64,000 nucleotides of DNA from an uncultured bacterium (GTDB taxonomy: Bacteria > Bacillota_I > Bacilli_A > RFN20 > CAG-826), in NCBI GenBank assembly GCA_949292105.1, contig CASEYK010000028.1, positions 5,246 through 69,245 on the forward strand. The letters are read 5' to 3'. The notes beneath the pieces are model-generated. The model was given only the letters and a program-made list of their open reading frames with translations, was not told where the DNA came from and made no database searches. Positions 45,686-55,696 of the stretch are shown one piece after another (position 1 is the first letter of the stretch; the number at the start of each line of letters is the position of its first letter). The position numbers were made by a program, and so were the translations under genes.

Positions 45686-46601
45686 ATTTGTTGAAGGCGA
45701 CCGCGTAAATACTCAATTATTGGTGGCGTCTCGTTTAAAAGGTGTAACGAATAATGGATTATCTTATCTAAATTTGGAATTGCGCGATTCCTCAGGCTCG
45801 ATAAACGCTAAAAAATGGGAAGTGACGCCAGAAGATGAACAACTTTTTGTTCCTGGCAATATTATTAATGTGATCGGCGAAGTGATTATGTATAAATCAT
45901 CATTACAAATGAAAGTTCTCAGCGCTTCTATCTTAAAAGACGATGAAATTGATGCTTCGCGCTTCATGAAGATTTCACCAATTAAGCAAGAAGAATTAAT
46001 TGAACGATTGAATAAATACATTAATGGCATTAGAAATAAAGATTGTCAGGTGCTTGTTCGCTCACTCGTTAAAAAATTTCAAGATCGCATCTATGTTTAT
46101 CCAGCAGCAGTCAGTATTCATCACGATTATCGCTATGGGCTTTTAACACATATTGTTTCAATGTGCGATATCGCTCATTTTTTATGCGGTATGTATCACG
46201 ATGTTAATGAAGACTTACTAATTTCAGGTGTTATTCTCCATGATATCGGCAAAACAATTGAGTTAGAAGGTAGCCTTGTTTACCAATATTCTCTTGAAGG
46301 CAAATTAATTGGTCATATTTCTATAATGGTTAGCGAAATTCGACAGATGGCTGAAACGCTAGGAATTAAGAGTGAGGTTCCTCTTTTGCTCGAACATATG
46401 GTTTTATCACATCACGGACAATATGATTTTGGTTCCCCTGTACTCCCGATGACACAAGAAGCGTTGCTCTTATCGCTCATCGATGCACTCGATAGCAAAA
46501 TGGTTTGTCTAAACAAGGCATATGAAAATGTTTCGTGCGGCGAATTCACACAAAAACTATTTTCTTTCGATGGCCGAGTTTTTTATAAACCTAAAATTTA
46601 A
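45666..46601 (+). CDS. yhaM: 3'-5' exoribonuclease YhaM (OB-fold + HD domain).
   Basis: An N-terminal OB fold, then HHDYRYGLLTHIV...ILHDIGK HD motifs. Confidence 0.8.
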   Translation: MMKMVNEFVEGDRVNTQLLVASRLKGVTNNGLSYLNLELRDSSGSINAKKWEVTPEDEQLFVPGNIINVIGEVIMYKSSLQMKVLSASILKDDEIDASRFMKISPIKQEELIERLNKYINGIRNKDCQVLVRSLVKKFQDRIYVYPAAVSIHHDYRYGLLTHIVSMCDIAHFLCGMYHDVNEDLLISGVILHDIGKTIELEGSLVYQYSLEGKLIGHISIMVSEIRQMAETLGIKSEVPLLLEHMVLSHHGQYDFGSPVLPMTQEALLLSLIDALDSKMVCLNKAYENVSCGEFTQKLFSFDGRVFYKPKI

Positions 46602-47008
46602 TCAATTTTAATTTTGTTTTGAAGGGCTGGTAAATTTAAATTATCCGGTCCTTTTTTCATTTCAAGAACAAAACCTTCTTTTTCTTCATATCGCGGAATA
46701 ACATGGACATGAAAGTGCATAACGCTTTGGCCGGCTGCTTCATAACAATTTGATAAGATATTAACACCTTTTGCGCCAAGCATTTTGATTTGCACCTGTC
46801 CGATTCTTTGGGCAACATCCATGACTTTATGCATTATTTCTTGTGGTGTTGAAAGAAAGTTATCAAAATGTTTTTTGCTGATGACTAAGGAGTGGCCTTT
46901 TGTGACTTGAGAGATATCTAAAAACGCCAAAACATCTTCATCTTCATATAATTTATAGCACGGAATTGTTCCGTCGATTATTTGGCAAAACACATCTTTT
47001 GTTTTCAT
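46598..47008 (-). CDS. HIT-family nucleotide hydrolase.
   Basis: Sequence HFHVHVIPR is the histidine-triad motif. Confidence 0.8.
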   Translation of the reverse strand: MKTKDVFCQIIDGTIPCYKLYEDEDVLAFLDISQVTKGHSLVISKKHFDNFLSTPQEIMHKVMDVAQRIGQVQIKMLGAKGVNILSNCYEAAGQSVMHFHVHVIPRYEEKEGFVLEMKKGPDNLNLPALQNKIKID

Positions 47009-47063
47009 AATTTTTACCTCAAAAAATATTTTACATCTTTTTATCTTTAACTTTTATATTAAA

Positions 47064-47092
47064 TGAAAAAAACCGCTGCGATGAGCGGTTTT
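47064..47092 (-). terminator. Intrinsic terminator for the minus-strand lipoprotein gene.
   Basis: Stem aaccgct/agcggtt with a 6-nt loop, followed on the minus strand by T7. Confidence 0.6.
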
Positions 47093-47112
47093 ATTTCGTT
47101 GATTGATTGAGA

Positions 47113-49011
47113 TTAATCAAATAAATCTGGATAGTTTTCTTTGAAATAATCGTAAACGACAGTATCGTGGAAAGCGAGAGCGGCTTGTTCTAACCAATAT
47201 TCAGTTGATAGAGTGCTGTATGATTCGCTCTTAGCAATAATTTTGGCAACTTCGTTGACAACTTCTTCCATGACATCATCGCCCCTGGTTTGTCCATAAC
47301 GGTTGTCGCTGGTTTTGCTAAGTTTTGAACTAGAGACAGCTTCTTCGATTTGGATGATGTAATAGGTCGAAGAACTACGATCGTAGAAGAGCATATCACT
47401 ATCGGAGCCGCCTTGTTCAGAAGTATCGCGTTTCAAATAGTACTTACCATTGATTTTTGCAACGTAGGAGTTGACATCGTTATCAGGATTATATGTCCAA
47501 GTTCCATTTTCGTATGTCCAACGATCTTGGGCAATTGTTTCTTCGTTTTCAACTTCTGGTAAAGCGTTAGCAACAGCGATATTGAATAATCTCGTACGGA
47601 TAGAATCGGGTAAATCAGATAATCCGCCATTTTTGATGAACCATCCATTTGTTGTGTAATTTTTCAAACGGATGTTGTTGGTTTGAATTTCTTGGCCGAC
47701 AGAAATTGGATATGAATTGTTATTTGTGAACTCATTTTCAATTTCGGTATCGGTGAGAAGAGGATCATCGTTGATTTTCTTAATTTTTTCCATCAAATTA
47801 CCGTATTCTGTTCCAAGATAGAATGTTTCGCCATCATAAGTATCAGCTGTAAAACCTTTTGAACTGACTAATAAATCAGTTTCATCGGCAGTTAAGTCAA
47901 TACCTCTCCAAGCGTTAGATAACATTTTGAACGTATCCAAATCAACTTTGTTTGTCGAGTCTGCAACACTTGTAACAGATGCGCCATTATCACCAGCCGG
48001 CATAGCGTTGACATATTCTTTAACAAAAGTTGTCATCAAATAGTCAGCAGCATCCAAATAATTTTCATTATCGGTAATAGCGATAATGTTTACTTTACGT
48101 GCGTAACTACGTCCTAATGTGTTATATGTTTCATCGAGCAAGTATTGTTCAACTAACAATGAACGGTAAATTTCAGGAATGATTTGGTCTTCAATGTATG
48201 TATTTGCATCAGATGCGCTTTCTTGAGCATCTAATGCATAATTTGATTGATAGTATGAACGGTGAAGAAGTGGGGTTGTTGCAATGCCATCGATAGTATC
48301 AAAGACTTGAGTTTCTTCGATGTCTGGATAGATGAGGCTTTCGGTCAAGCCCAAACTAACTTCGGAAGCAACGAGTGGGTTTGCCACATCGTAGAGATTG
48401 TTGAGAAGAGACATTAAGTATTTTTCTTCATAGAAAACACTTCTTGTGCTGTAGGAGCCAGATGAGATATTGCTATAAAGAGTTTCAGAAATGCGATCTT
48501 CTATTGTGTACCACTTAGCTAAAACGCGAGCGTATTCGCTTTGAGATGGTGCAGCATCTTCGCCAACAATCGTTGACTCTTCTTCATCATCGTTGATACG
48601 ATTGCCATCGGAATCAGTGGTCCAATAGGCTTTGTGAGATTTGATAAATTCATCGGCTATCGTTGCTCCGCTGACAATATCATCAGTGCCAGTATGAGCA
48701 AGAATGTCGTTAACAACTTCTTTTAAGGTAGTGGCAGTTGAGTCGCTATTAACAACTTTGTTGTATCGTCCGAAAACGCTGATGGAATATTGATAAAGAA
48801 CATCGTTTAAAACATTATTAGCTAAATCGCCATCACGGATTGCATCATAAACGGTGCTCATGATGTTGTTATAGATTTCCTTATCGTAATCACCAATTTC
48901 GATAATTGGCTTGTCGTAGTCGCTTGGTTCGGCCACAATATCGCTTGAACAAGCAGCCAAACCTAATGTTCCAAGTAATGCGACAGCAATAATTTTATAT
49001 TTACTCGACAT
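47113..49011 (-). CDS. Large lipoprotein (632 aa).
   Basis: Sequence MSSKYKIIAVALLGTLGLAACSS gives a signal peptide + lipobox. Confidence 0.55.
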   Translation of the reverse strand: MSSKYKIIAVALLGTLGLAACSSDIVAEPSDYDKPIIEIGDYDKEIYNNIMSTVYDAIRDGDLANNVLNDVLYQYSISVFGRYNKVVNSDSTATTLKEVVNDILAHTGTDDIVSGATIADEFIKSHKAYWTTDSDGNRINDDEEESTIVGEDAAPSQSEYARVLAKWYTIEDRISETLYSNISSGSYSTRSVFYEEKYLMSLLNNLYDVANPLVASEVSLGLTESLIYPDIEETQVFDTIDGIATTPLLHRSYYQSNYALDAQESASDANTYIEDQIIPEIYRSLLVEQYLLDETYNTLGRSYARKVNIIAITDNENYLDAADYLMTTFVKEYVNAMPAGDNGASVTSVADSTNKVDLDTFKMLSNAWRGIDLTADETDLLVSSKGFTADTYDGETFYLGTEYGNLMEKIKKINDDPLLTDTEIENEFTNNNSYPISVGQEIQTNNIRLKNYTTNGWFIKNGGLSDLPDSIRTRLFNIAVANALPEVENEETIAQDRWTYENGTWTYNPDNDVNSYVAKINGKYYLKRDTSEQGGSDSDMLFYDRSSSTYYIIQIEEAVSSSKLSKTSDNRYGQTRGDDVMEEVVNEVAKIIAKSESYSTLSTEYWLEQAALAFHDTVVYDYFKENYPDLFD

Positions 49012-50821
49012 AATAGCATGAACCTCCTACTTCAAAACGAGGATCTGAACTAGCATCTTTAAAGCCGATTGCACATGTTTCAGGAATCAAGCGTTGTGAA
49101 GTGCGTGTTTGATCTTGACGTTGTACCATTTCAAGATATGCAACCCAAGAATCATTGAGTGTATTCTTTGCACTCCAGTTGTTGTATTCGCGTTTTGCAT
49201 CAATCATTTTTTGAATTTCTTCGCCTAAATTAACACCATTTGTATCGTTGAATTGAATAGTGTTTTTGCTAACAAAATATTCATATAAGCGATATTCATA
49301 TGTTGAGTCAAAGCTTTCAATTTTATCCTTAACTTCTGTGGCACGTTGTTTTAAAACTGATTGATCAGATGTGTTCAAATAATTAACATAAGTAATTTTT
49401 GGTGTGCTGACACCATTTGAATCAACATAGACTGGATAATCAGAATCTGAAGGAACAGCCGTTGTGTAATATTCACTGAGTGAAACATTTTCTGTATCTT
49501 CGCCACCAGTTGTAAATTCATAAATGGATTTTTGCATGACCATGAAATGAACACCAAGTTCACTTCTAACACCAATAATCACTCTGCCCTGTTCATCAGT
49601 TAAGACTCTTTGATTAGAGTTGTTACAAACGCCTTCGACATATCGCCATCCAGAATGTCCAGGTTGCGCATCTGTGACGCTTAAATAAGTTGTGCTACCT
49701 TGGCCATCAACTGCATCAACATTCAAATCGTTGTTACTAATGACAAATGGATTGTGCAAATTGATGTATTTATTCCAATAGATATTGCGCGGGTACGAAG
49801 CAGCGTAGCCATCGTTAACCAGCATACCTTTAGAATCCCTTTCTTCTTCGGCGTAGGTACCAAGAGCAGCAAAGGCATCATAAGGAACATATGTCAAGCC
49901 GATATCTTCTACTGTTTCTTCAACCGTTGAATTATCGAAATCGTCGCTAATCCCTAATCCGTTAGTAATGACGCTGTCACGATTTTCAGCGGAACGGCTT
50001 AATACGCCATCAAAGGCATAGATACCTAATTTAAATTCATTAACGAACGAGGTTGTTAAATCCATAATGCCGACATCGCCATAGTTTTGAGCGCTTGAAT
50101 CATCATCTGAACTCGTATAAGCGATTTGTCCAAAACTGATAATGCCTTCGGCAAATTCTTTCACAATAGTCGATAATTTTTTCGCTTCAGTCGAACTGAT
50201 AGTGCTACGTGTATAATCTGTAGCATCTCCGCTTACTGAAACGAGGATATGACGGATGTGGTATGGAAATCCAGAACTTGTTGGGCTTTCGACCTCAGCT
50301 CCTTCATCATTGACGCCAATGTATTCAGCTTTGAGGGCTTCTTCATTTTCGTTGGCATACCAATCTTCAATTTCTTCTTTTTCTAAGTTGTAGATGAAAA
50401 GTTCCAACAATTCATCTTCATCTTCTACGCCTTGACTTGTTAAATAGCTTTCCCATTCTTCATCATAAGAAGTGCCATTTGTTTTGGCGTTGTCGCGAGC
50501 GTCTGACTTAGCGCTTTTGACATTATTTTCGGCATCTGTGACAATTTCGCTATATGTCTTAATACCAGGAATTGTGTTTTCTTGGAATTGATAGCGAATC
50601 AACACTTCCATAATTGAATTATAGAAGCGTGTAATACCATCGCTTGTATAACGATATTGTTCATAAACATCGTTTGTAATTACATTGATGGTTTCGCCAT
50701 TGTAACCGTTAATTGTTACAATTGCGTTGTCATTAGAAGTCACAGAGCCTGAACACGCACCCATAGCGAGTGCGCCAATGAAACTAGAAACTAATCCAAT
50801 AGCTAGTTTACTTTTTTTCAT
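49001..50821 (-). CDS. Large PrsA-like lipoprotein with a parvulin (PpiC-type) PPIase domain.
   Basis: Sequence MKKSKLAIGLVSSFIGALAMGACSG gives the lipobox. FPYHIRHILVSV...FGQIAYTSSDDDSSAQNYGDVG resembles a parvulin core. The start follows an AGGAGG RBS. Confidence 0.55.
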   Translation of the reverse strand: MKKSKLAIGLVSSFIGALAMGACSGSVTSNDNAIVTINGYNGETINVITNDVYEQYRYTSDGITRFYNSIMEVLIRYQFQENTIPGIKTYSEIVTDAENNVKSAKSDARDNAKTNGTSYDEEWESYLTSQGVEDEDELLELFIYNLEKEEIEDWYANENEEALKAEYIGVNDEGAEVESPTSSGFPYHIRHILVSVSGDATDYTRSTISSTEAKKLSTIVKEFAEGIISFGQIAYTSSDDDSSAQNYGDVGIMDLTTSFVNEFKLGIYAFDGVLSRSAENRDSVITNGLGISDDFDNSTVEETVEDIGLTYVPYDAFAALGTYAEEERDSKGMLVNDGYAASYPRNIYWNKYINLHNPFVISNNDLNVDAVDGQGSTTYLSVTDAQPGHSGWRYVEGVCNNSNQRVLTDEQGRVIIGVRSELGVHFMVMQKSIYEFTTGGEDTENVSLSEYYTTAVPSDSDYPVYVDSNGVSTPKITYVNYLNTSDQSVLKQRATEVKDKIESFDSTYEYRLYEYFVSKNTIQFNDTNGVNLGEEIQKMIDAKREYNNWSAKNTLNDSWVAYLEMVQRQDQTRTSQRLIPETCAIGFKDASSDPRFEVGGSCYYVE

Positions 50822-50975
50822 TTTCTGCTGCCTCCTTAAAATATATAGCGGTAATATTTTACATATTACTTTTTTTCTTTGCAACAAAATTGTTCTAAGT
50901 TAACCATACGCGAAGACTTTAATTGTCAAAATATTGTTATTTGTTACTTCTGATGACACTTTTTTATCGTATTGT

Positions 50976-51004
50976 TTGAAACAATAAGATGCATTTTGTA
51001 GAAT
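50976..51004 (+). promoter_or_regulatory. Sigma-A-type promoter for the suf operon.
   Basis: TTGAAA, a 17-nt spacer, then TAGAAT with a TG upstream. It lies 24 nt before the sufC ATG. Confidence 0.5.
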
Positions 51005-51027
51005 ATTTAAGCGTTAGAGGATAATTT

Positions 51028-51855
51028 ATGGCAAAGATTGAAATCAAAAATTTACATGTTGAAGTCGATTCGAAAGAAATTCTTAAAGGTATTAATTTAG
51101 TAATTGATGACGGCGATGTTTTGGCTCTTTTTGGGCCGAACGGAAATGGAAAATCGACATTATTGATGACGATTATGGGACATCCTCGCTACCATGTGAC
51201 ACAAGGATCGATTCTTTTTAATGGAATTGATATCACAAATATGACGACCGATCAAAGAGCTAAAATGGGCATTTTTCTATCAATGCAAAACCCTGTTGAA
51301 ATCGCTGGTGTAACGAATTCAGATTTCTTAAAAGCTGCCATAAATTCAAATCGTGAAAAGCCTCTTACAACCTATCAATTTTATAAATTGCTCGATGGGG
51401 CAATGAAAGAAGTCAAAATCCCTTTTGAGATGGCGACCAGAGGATTAAATGACGGCTTTTCAGGTGGAGAAAAAAAGCGTAATGAAATACTTCAGATGCT
51501 GTTGCTAAATCCTGATTTTATTATGTTAGATGAAATCGATTCAGGCTTAGATGTCGATGCCATTCAGGTTGTTGCGGATTGTATTTGCGAACAAAAGAAA
51601 CAAAATAAAACAATTTTAATCATTTCTCACTATGCCCGTTTGTTTGACCTTGTTAAGCCAAGTAAAGCTGCGGTCATCATCGATGGTAAAATTGTTTTAG
51701 AAGGTGATGAAAAGCTTATCAAAAAAATTGATAATGAAGGTTATGAATTTATTAAAGTTGAATATGGCATAGATATTGATTCCACAAATAAAAATATGAA
51801 TCAAATTTCACTTGAAACTTGTGCAGTAAAGGATATGACTAAAAAAAATGAATAG
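51028..51855 (+). CDS. sufC: Fe-S cluster assembly ATPase SufC.
   Basis: An ABC ATPase with GPNGNGKSTL Walker A and an LSGGEKKR signature-like motif. Confidence 0.85.
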   Translation: MAKIEIKNLHVEVDSKEILKGINLVIDDGDVLALFGPNGNGKSTLLMTIMGHPRYHVTQGSILFNGIDITNMTTDQRAKMGIFLSMQNPVEIAGVTNSDFLKAAINSNREKPLTTYQFYKLLDGAMKEVKIPFEMATRGLNDGFSGGEKKRNEILQMLLLNPDFIMLDEIDSGLDVDAIQVVADCICEQKKQNKTILIISHYARLFDLVKPSKAAVIIDGKIVLEGDEKLIKKIDNEGYEFIKVEYGIDIDSTNKNMNQISLETCAVKDMTKKNE

Positions 51856-52651
51856 CGATAAATTATCCCATACTTTAAGACTTGGTTGTTTGCCTGCTAA
51901 TACTGGACTGTTTTCTATTGCTAAATTATCAAGCGACACTCTATACAAAATTCAAAGTGATGAGAACGTGTATTTAGTCGATAGAAATGTCGGTGGACAA
52001 GTCTTTAATCTAATATTAGAAGATAATTCTTGTGCTACTTTATCCTTTATTTGCAAAAGATCATTAGAAATGATTGTCAATGTGAAATTAATGAAAAATT
52101 CATCATTTTCTCTTTATTTTGCTGATTTTTCACCTAAAATGCTTCATTTAATTATTAATGTTGAACTTGCTGAAAACAATGCAAATTGCTCAATTAATTT
52201 AGCTAGTATCGCGTCCAATGATGACGACAAATCTTTCGAAATTAATATTTCACATCTCGCCGCTGGAACGAAAGGCAAAGTCAATTGTTATGGGGTAGTT
52301 AGAAACAATTCGAAAATTAAAATTTCTGGCATTTCGCACATTCATAATGGAGCTGTTAAATCAGCTTCATCGCAAAATGCAAAAGCTTTAGTATTTGATC
52401 CAGATGCTGTCGCCATTGTTCGTCCTATTCTTAAAATAGATGAAAACGATATAGAGGCTAGTCATTCTGCTGCAGCTGGCAAAATCGCTGATGAGTATTT
52501 GTTTTATTTAATGTCTCGTGGGTTAAATGAGAGCGATGCTAAACGACTTATTACCTACGGTTATATAAAACCTGTTTTGAAGGGTTTTATCGATAATGAA
52601 GCGCAGCAAGAAATTGAAAAATTAATCGAAAGGAAAATTTCTTATGATTGA
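51848..52651 (+). CDS. sufD: SufD-like protein, unusually short at 267 aa.
   Basis: Position between sufC and sufS, plus a SufB/D-like C-terminal beta-helix region. Confidence 0.55.
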   Translation: MNSDKLSHTLRLGCLPANTGLFSIAKLSSDTLYKIQSDENVYLVDRNVGGQVFNLILEDNSCATLSFICKRSLEMIVNVKLMKNSSFSLYFADFSPKMLHLIINVELAENNANCSINLASIASNDDDKSFEINISHLAAGTKGKVNCYGVVRNNSKIKISGISHIHNGAVKSASSQNAKALVFDPDAVAIVRPILKIDENDIEASHSAAAGKIADEYLFYLMSRGLNESDAKRLITYGYIKPVLKGFIDNEAQQEIEKLIERKISYD

Positions 52652-53876
52652 TATTGAAAATGTGCGTAAAGATTTTCCGATGCTTAATGGCAAGATGATG
52701 CAAGGTCATCGACTTGTTTTTCTTGATAATGCTTCAACAACATTTAAGCCTTACTGTGTTATTAATGAAATTCGTCGTTATTATACTGATATTACAAGCA
52801 ATTCTCATCGAGGCGATTATGATCTGTGCTTTAATATGGATCAAGAAGTTTTATCATGCCGAAAAATTGTTGCAAATTTTGTAAATTGCCGTCCTGATGA
52901 AGTTGTCTTTTCAAGCGGAACAACTATGTCGATTAATTTAGTCGCTTGGGGTTTGGGAATGAAATATTTAAATCCTGGCGATGAAATCGTTATTAGTGAA
53001 GCAGAGCACGCTTCTAATAGTTTGCCTTGGTTTTCAATCGCTAAACTGAAAGGAGCGGTTGTTAAGTTTGTTCCATTAGACGATGATGGCCGTATTACTG
53101 TGACAAATTTGAAAAAAGTTATGAGTGAGAAAACTAAAATTGTTGCGCTCGCTCATGTTGGAAATGTTTTAGGTTATGTTTTAGATTTGAAAACTATATG
53201 TAATTTGGTTCATTCTTATCATGCTTATTTTGTTGTTGATGGTGCACAGTCTGTTCCGCATATGAAAGTTGATTTTAACGATACCGATATCGATTTTCTT
53301 TCATTTTCAGGTCATAAGATGTGCGGCCCGACTGGCATTGGTGTTTTAATTGGTAAATATTCTATCCTTGATTCGATTGATCCTTTTTTAAATGGTGGTG
53401 GCAACAATGCAAAATTTAATATGTGTGGCGATATTGAATATTTACAACCTCCGATGAAATTCGAAGCTGGAACAATTGATTTAGCAGGTATTTTAGGCTT
53501 GTCAAAAGCAATTCAATATCTACAAAACATTGGTATTGACAACATCGAAAAGCGAGAAAAACAGCTTCGTCAGTATGCGATTAAAAAACTAGAAAAACTG
53601 GATAATGTCATTATTTATAATAAAAATGCTGAATCTGGTATTATTACCTTTAATGTCAAAGGTGTTTTTGCTCAGGATGAGGCCACTTTGTTAAATTCAA
53701 AAGGCATTGCTGTGAGGAGTGGTGAACATTGTGCAAAAATGCTTAATGATTTTCTTAAAACTCCTGCGACTTGTCGCGCATCATTATATTTTTATACAAG
53801 TGAAGACGAGATCGATATTTTTGTCGATGCACTTGCACAAGGAGGTGACTTTTTAGATGCCTATTTTAATGAATAA
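52644..53876 (+). CDS. sufS: Cysteine desulfurase SufS.
   Basis: Class-V aminotransferase with SFSGHKMCGPTGIGVL containing the PLP-binding Lys. Confidence 0.85.
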   Translation: MIDIENVRKDFPMLNGKMMQGHRLVFLDNASTTFKPYCVINEIRRYYTDITSNSHRGDYDLCFNMDQEVLSCRKIVANFVNCRPDEVVFSSGTTMSINLVAWGLGMKYLNPGDEIVISEAEHASNSLPWFSIAKLKGAVVKFVPLDDDGRITVTNLKKVMSEKTKIVALAHVGNVLGYVLDLKTICNLVHSYHAYFVVDGAQSVPHMKVDFNDTDIDFLSFSGHKMCGPTGIGVLIGKYSILDSIDPFLNGGGNNAKFNMCGDIEYLQPPMKFEAGTIDLAGILGLSKAIQYLQNIGIDNIEKREKQLRQYAIKKLEKLDNVIIYNKNAESGIITFNVKGVFAQDEATLLNSKGIAVRSGEHCAKMLNDFLKTPATCRASLYFYTSEDEIDIFVDALAQGGDFLDAYFNE

Positions 53877-54309
53877 TGAAATGATGAGAGAAATAATTAT
53901 GGATCATTACTCTCATCCATCACATAAACATATGCCTGCTGATTTAGCATCTTACGAAACAGTTCATATGCATTCAGATAATTGTATTGATGATATTGAT
54001 GTTTATCTTAAAATTGAAAATGAGATTGTAGTGGATGCTCTATTTGAAGGAGTGGCTTGTGCTATTTCGACTGCTTCGACAGATATTATGTGCGAATTGT
54101 TAATTGGTAAGACAAAAACAGATGCTCTCTACATTATTGAGCAATATTTTCACATGATACATGAAGAAAAATACGATGAGTCAGTATTAGATGAAGCTCT
54201 TGCTTTTATGAATACCTCAAAGCAGGCAGCAAGAATCAGGTGCGCCATTATCGGTTGGAGCGCGGCTGAAAAAATTATTGAGGAAAACACTGATGACAAA
54301 AAAAGATGA
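53857..54309 (+). CDS. sufU: Zn-dependent sulfurtransferase SufU.
   Basis: Sequence [16 protein letters not shown] and RCAIIGW supply the three conserved Cys residues plus the Asp. Confidence 0.7.
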   Translation: MPILMNNEMMREIIMDHYSHPSHKHMPADLASYETVHMHSDNCIDDIDVYLKIENEIVVDALFEGVACAISTASTDIMCELLIGKTKTDALYIIEQYFHMIHEEKYDESVLDEALAFMNTSKQAARIRCAIIGWSAAEKIIEENTDDKKR

Positions 54310-55696
54310 ACTAAATCTAAGTGAAGAATACAAATATGGTTTTAAGGATGCTGATTCATCTGTTTTCAAAACGGACAAAGGCTTGAATGAAGAAATTGTA
54401 ACACAAATTTCGATGATGAAACATGAGCCAGAATGGATGAGAGAATATCGGCTAAAATCATTGAAAGCATTTCGTAACATGCCTAATCCAAACTTTGGTG
54501 TTGATTTATCCTACTTAGATTATGATTCATATACTTATTTTATTCGTCCTTCTCAAAAAGAAGCACAGAGTTGGGATGATGTGCCGCAAACGATTAGAAA
54601 CACATTTGATCGTCTAGGTATTCCTGAAGCTGAACAAAAGTTTTTAGCTGGTGTTTCAACCCAGTATGAATCTGAAATCGTCTATCACAATATGCTCAAA
54701 GAAGTTGAAGAAAAAGGTGTTATATTTTTGTCTACCGATATGGCTTTAAAACTCTATCCAGATTTATTTAAAAAATATTTTGGGACAGTTGTTCCGTTTT
54801 ACGATAATAAATTTTCTGCTTTAAATGGATCGGTTTGGTCAGGTGGTTCATTTATTTATGTTCCAAAAAACACAAAATTAGATAAACCATTGCAGAGTTA
54901 TTTTCGCATTAACAACGAAAAAAGCGGCCAATTTGAACGAACTTTGATTATAGTTGACGAAGGGGCAGAAGTACACTATGTGGAAGGTTGTACTGCTCCT
55001 ATCTATTCAAAAGAAAGTTTACACGCTGCGGTTGTTGAAATAATTGTCATGAAAAATGCTAAATGTCGTTATTCAACAGTACAAAACTGGTCGACTAATA
55101 TTGTTAATCTAGTCACGAAACGCGCTTTTGTCTACGAAAATGGTCAGATGGAATGGATTGATGGCAATATTGGTTCAATGGCCAACATGAAATATCCCGC
55201 TTGTATTCTTAAAGAATCTGGTGCGAAAGGAACTTGTATCTCTATTGCGGTTGCTGGAAAGAATCAATTTCAAGACGCTGGAGCTCGAATGATTCACGAA
55301 GCACCAAATACGACATCGACCATTATCTCAAAATCAATTTGTCGTCGAGGCGGAGTTGTTAATTATCGTGGGACTGTACGAATTAAAAATAATGCTATCA
55401 ATTCGCGTTCACATGTCGAGTGCGATACATTAATTTTGGATATTATATCCAAAAGCGATACAATACCTAAAAACGAAGTTCATAATAATAGTTCTTACAT
55501 TGAACACGAAGCAACGATAAGCAAAATTAATGAAGAACAATTATTTTATTTAATGTCGCGAGGAATCAGCGAGCAAGATGCAACACAAATGATTATTATG
55601 GGTTTTATTGAACCATTCACAAAAGAATTACCGATGGAATATGCGGTGGAGCTCAATCAACTAATTAAGTTAGATATGGAAGGAAGCGTCGGCTAG
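54293..55696 (+). CDS. sufB: Fe-S cluster assembly protein SufB.
   Basis: Size and position fit SufB, as do conserved SufB blocks. Start set to the ATG at 54293, which follows GAGGAA. Confidence 0.85.
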   Translation: MTKKDELNLSEEYKYGFKDADSSVFKTDKGLNEEIVTQISMMKHEPEWMREYRLKSLKAFRNMPNPNFGVDLSYLDYDSYTYFIRPSQKEAQSWDDVPQTIRNTFDRLGIPEAEQKFLAGVSTQYESEIVYHNMLKEVEEKGVIFLSTDMALKLYPDLFKKYFGTVVPFYDNKFSALNGSVWSGGSFIYVPKNTKLDKPLQSYFRINNEKSGQFERTLIIVDEGAEVHYVEGCTAPIYSKESLHAAVVEIIVMKNAKCRYSTVQNWSTNIVNLVTKRAFVYENGQMEWIDGNIGSMANMKYPACILKESGAKGTCISIAVAGKNQFQDAGARMIHEAPNTTSTIISKSICRRGGVVNYRGTVRIKNNAINSRSHVECDTLILDIISKSDTIPKNEVHNNSSYIEHEATISKINEEQLFYLMSRGISEQDATQMIIMGFIEPFTKELPMEYAVELNQLIKLDMEGSVG

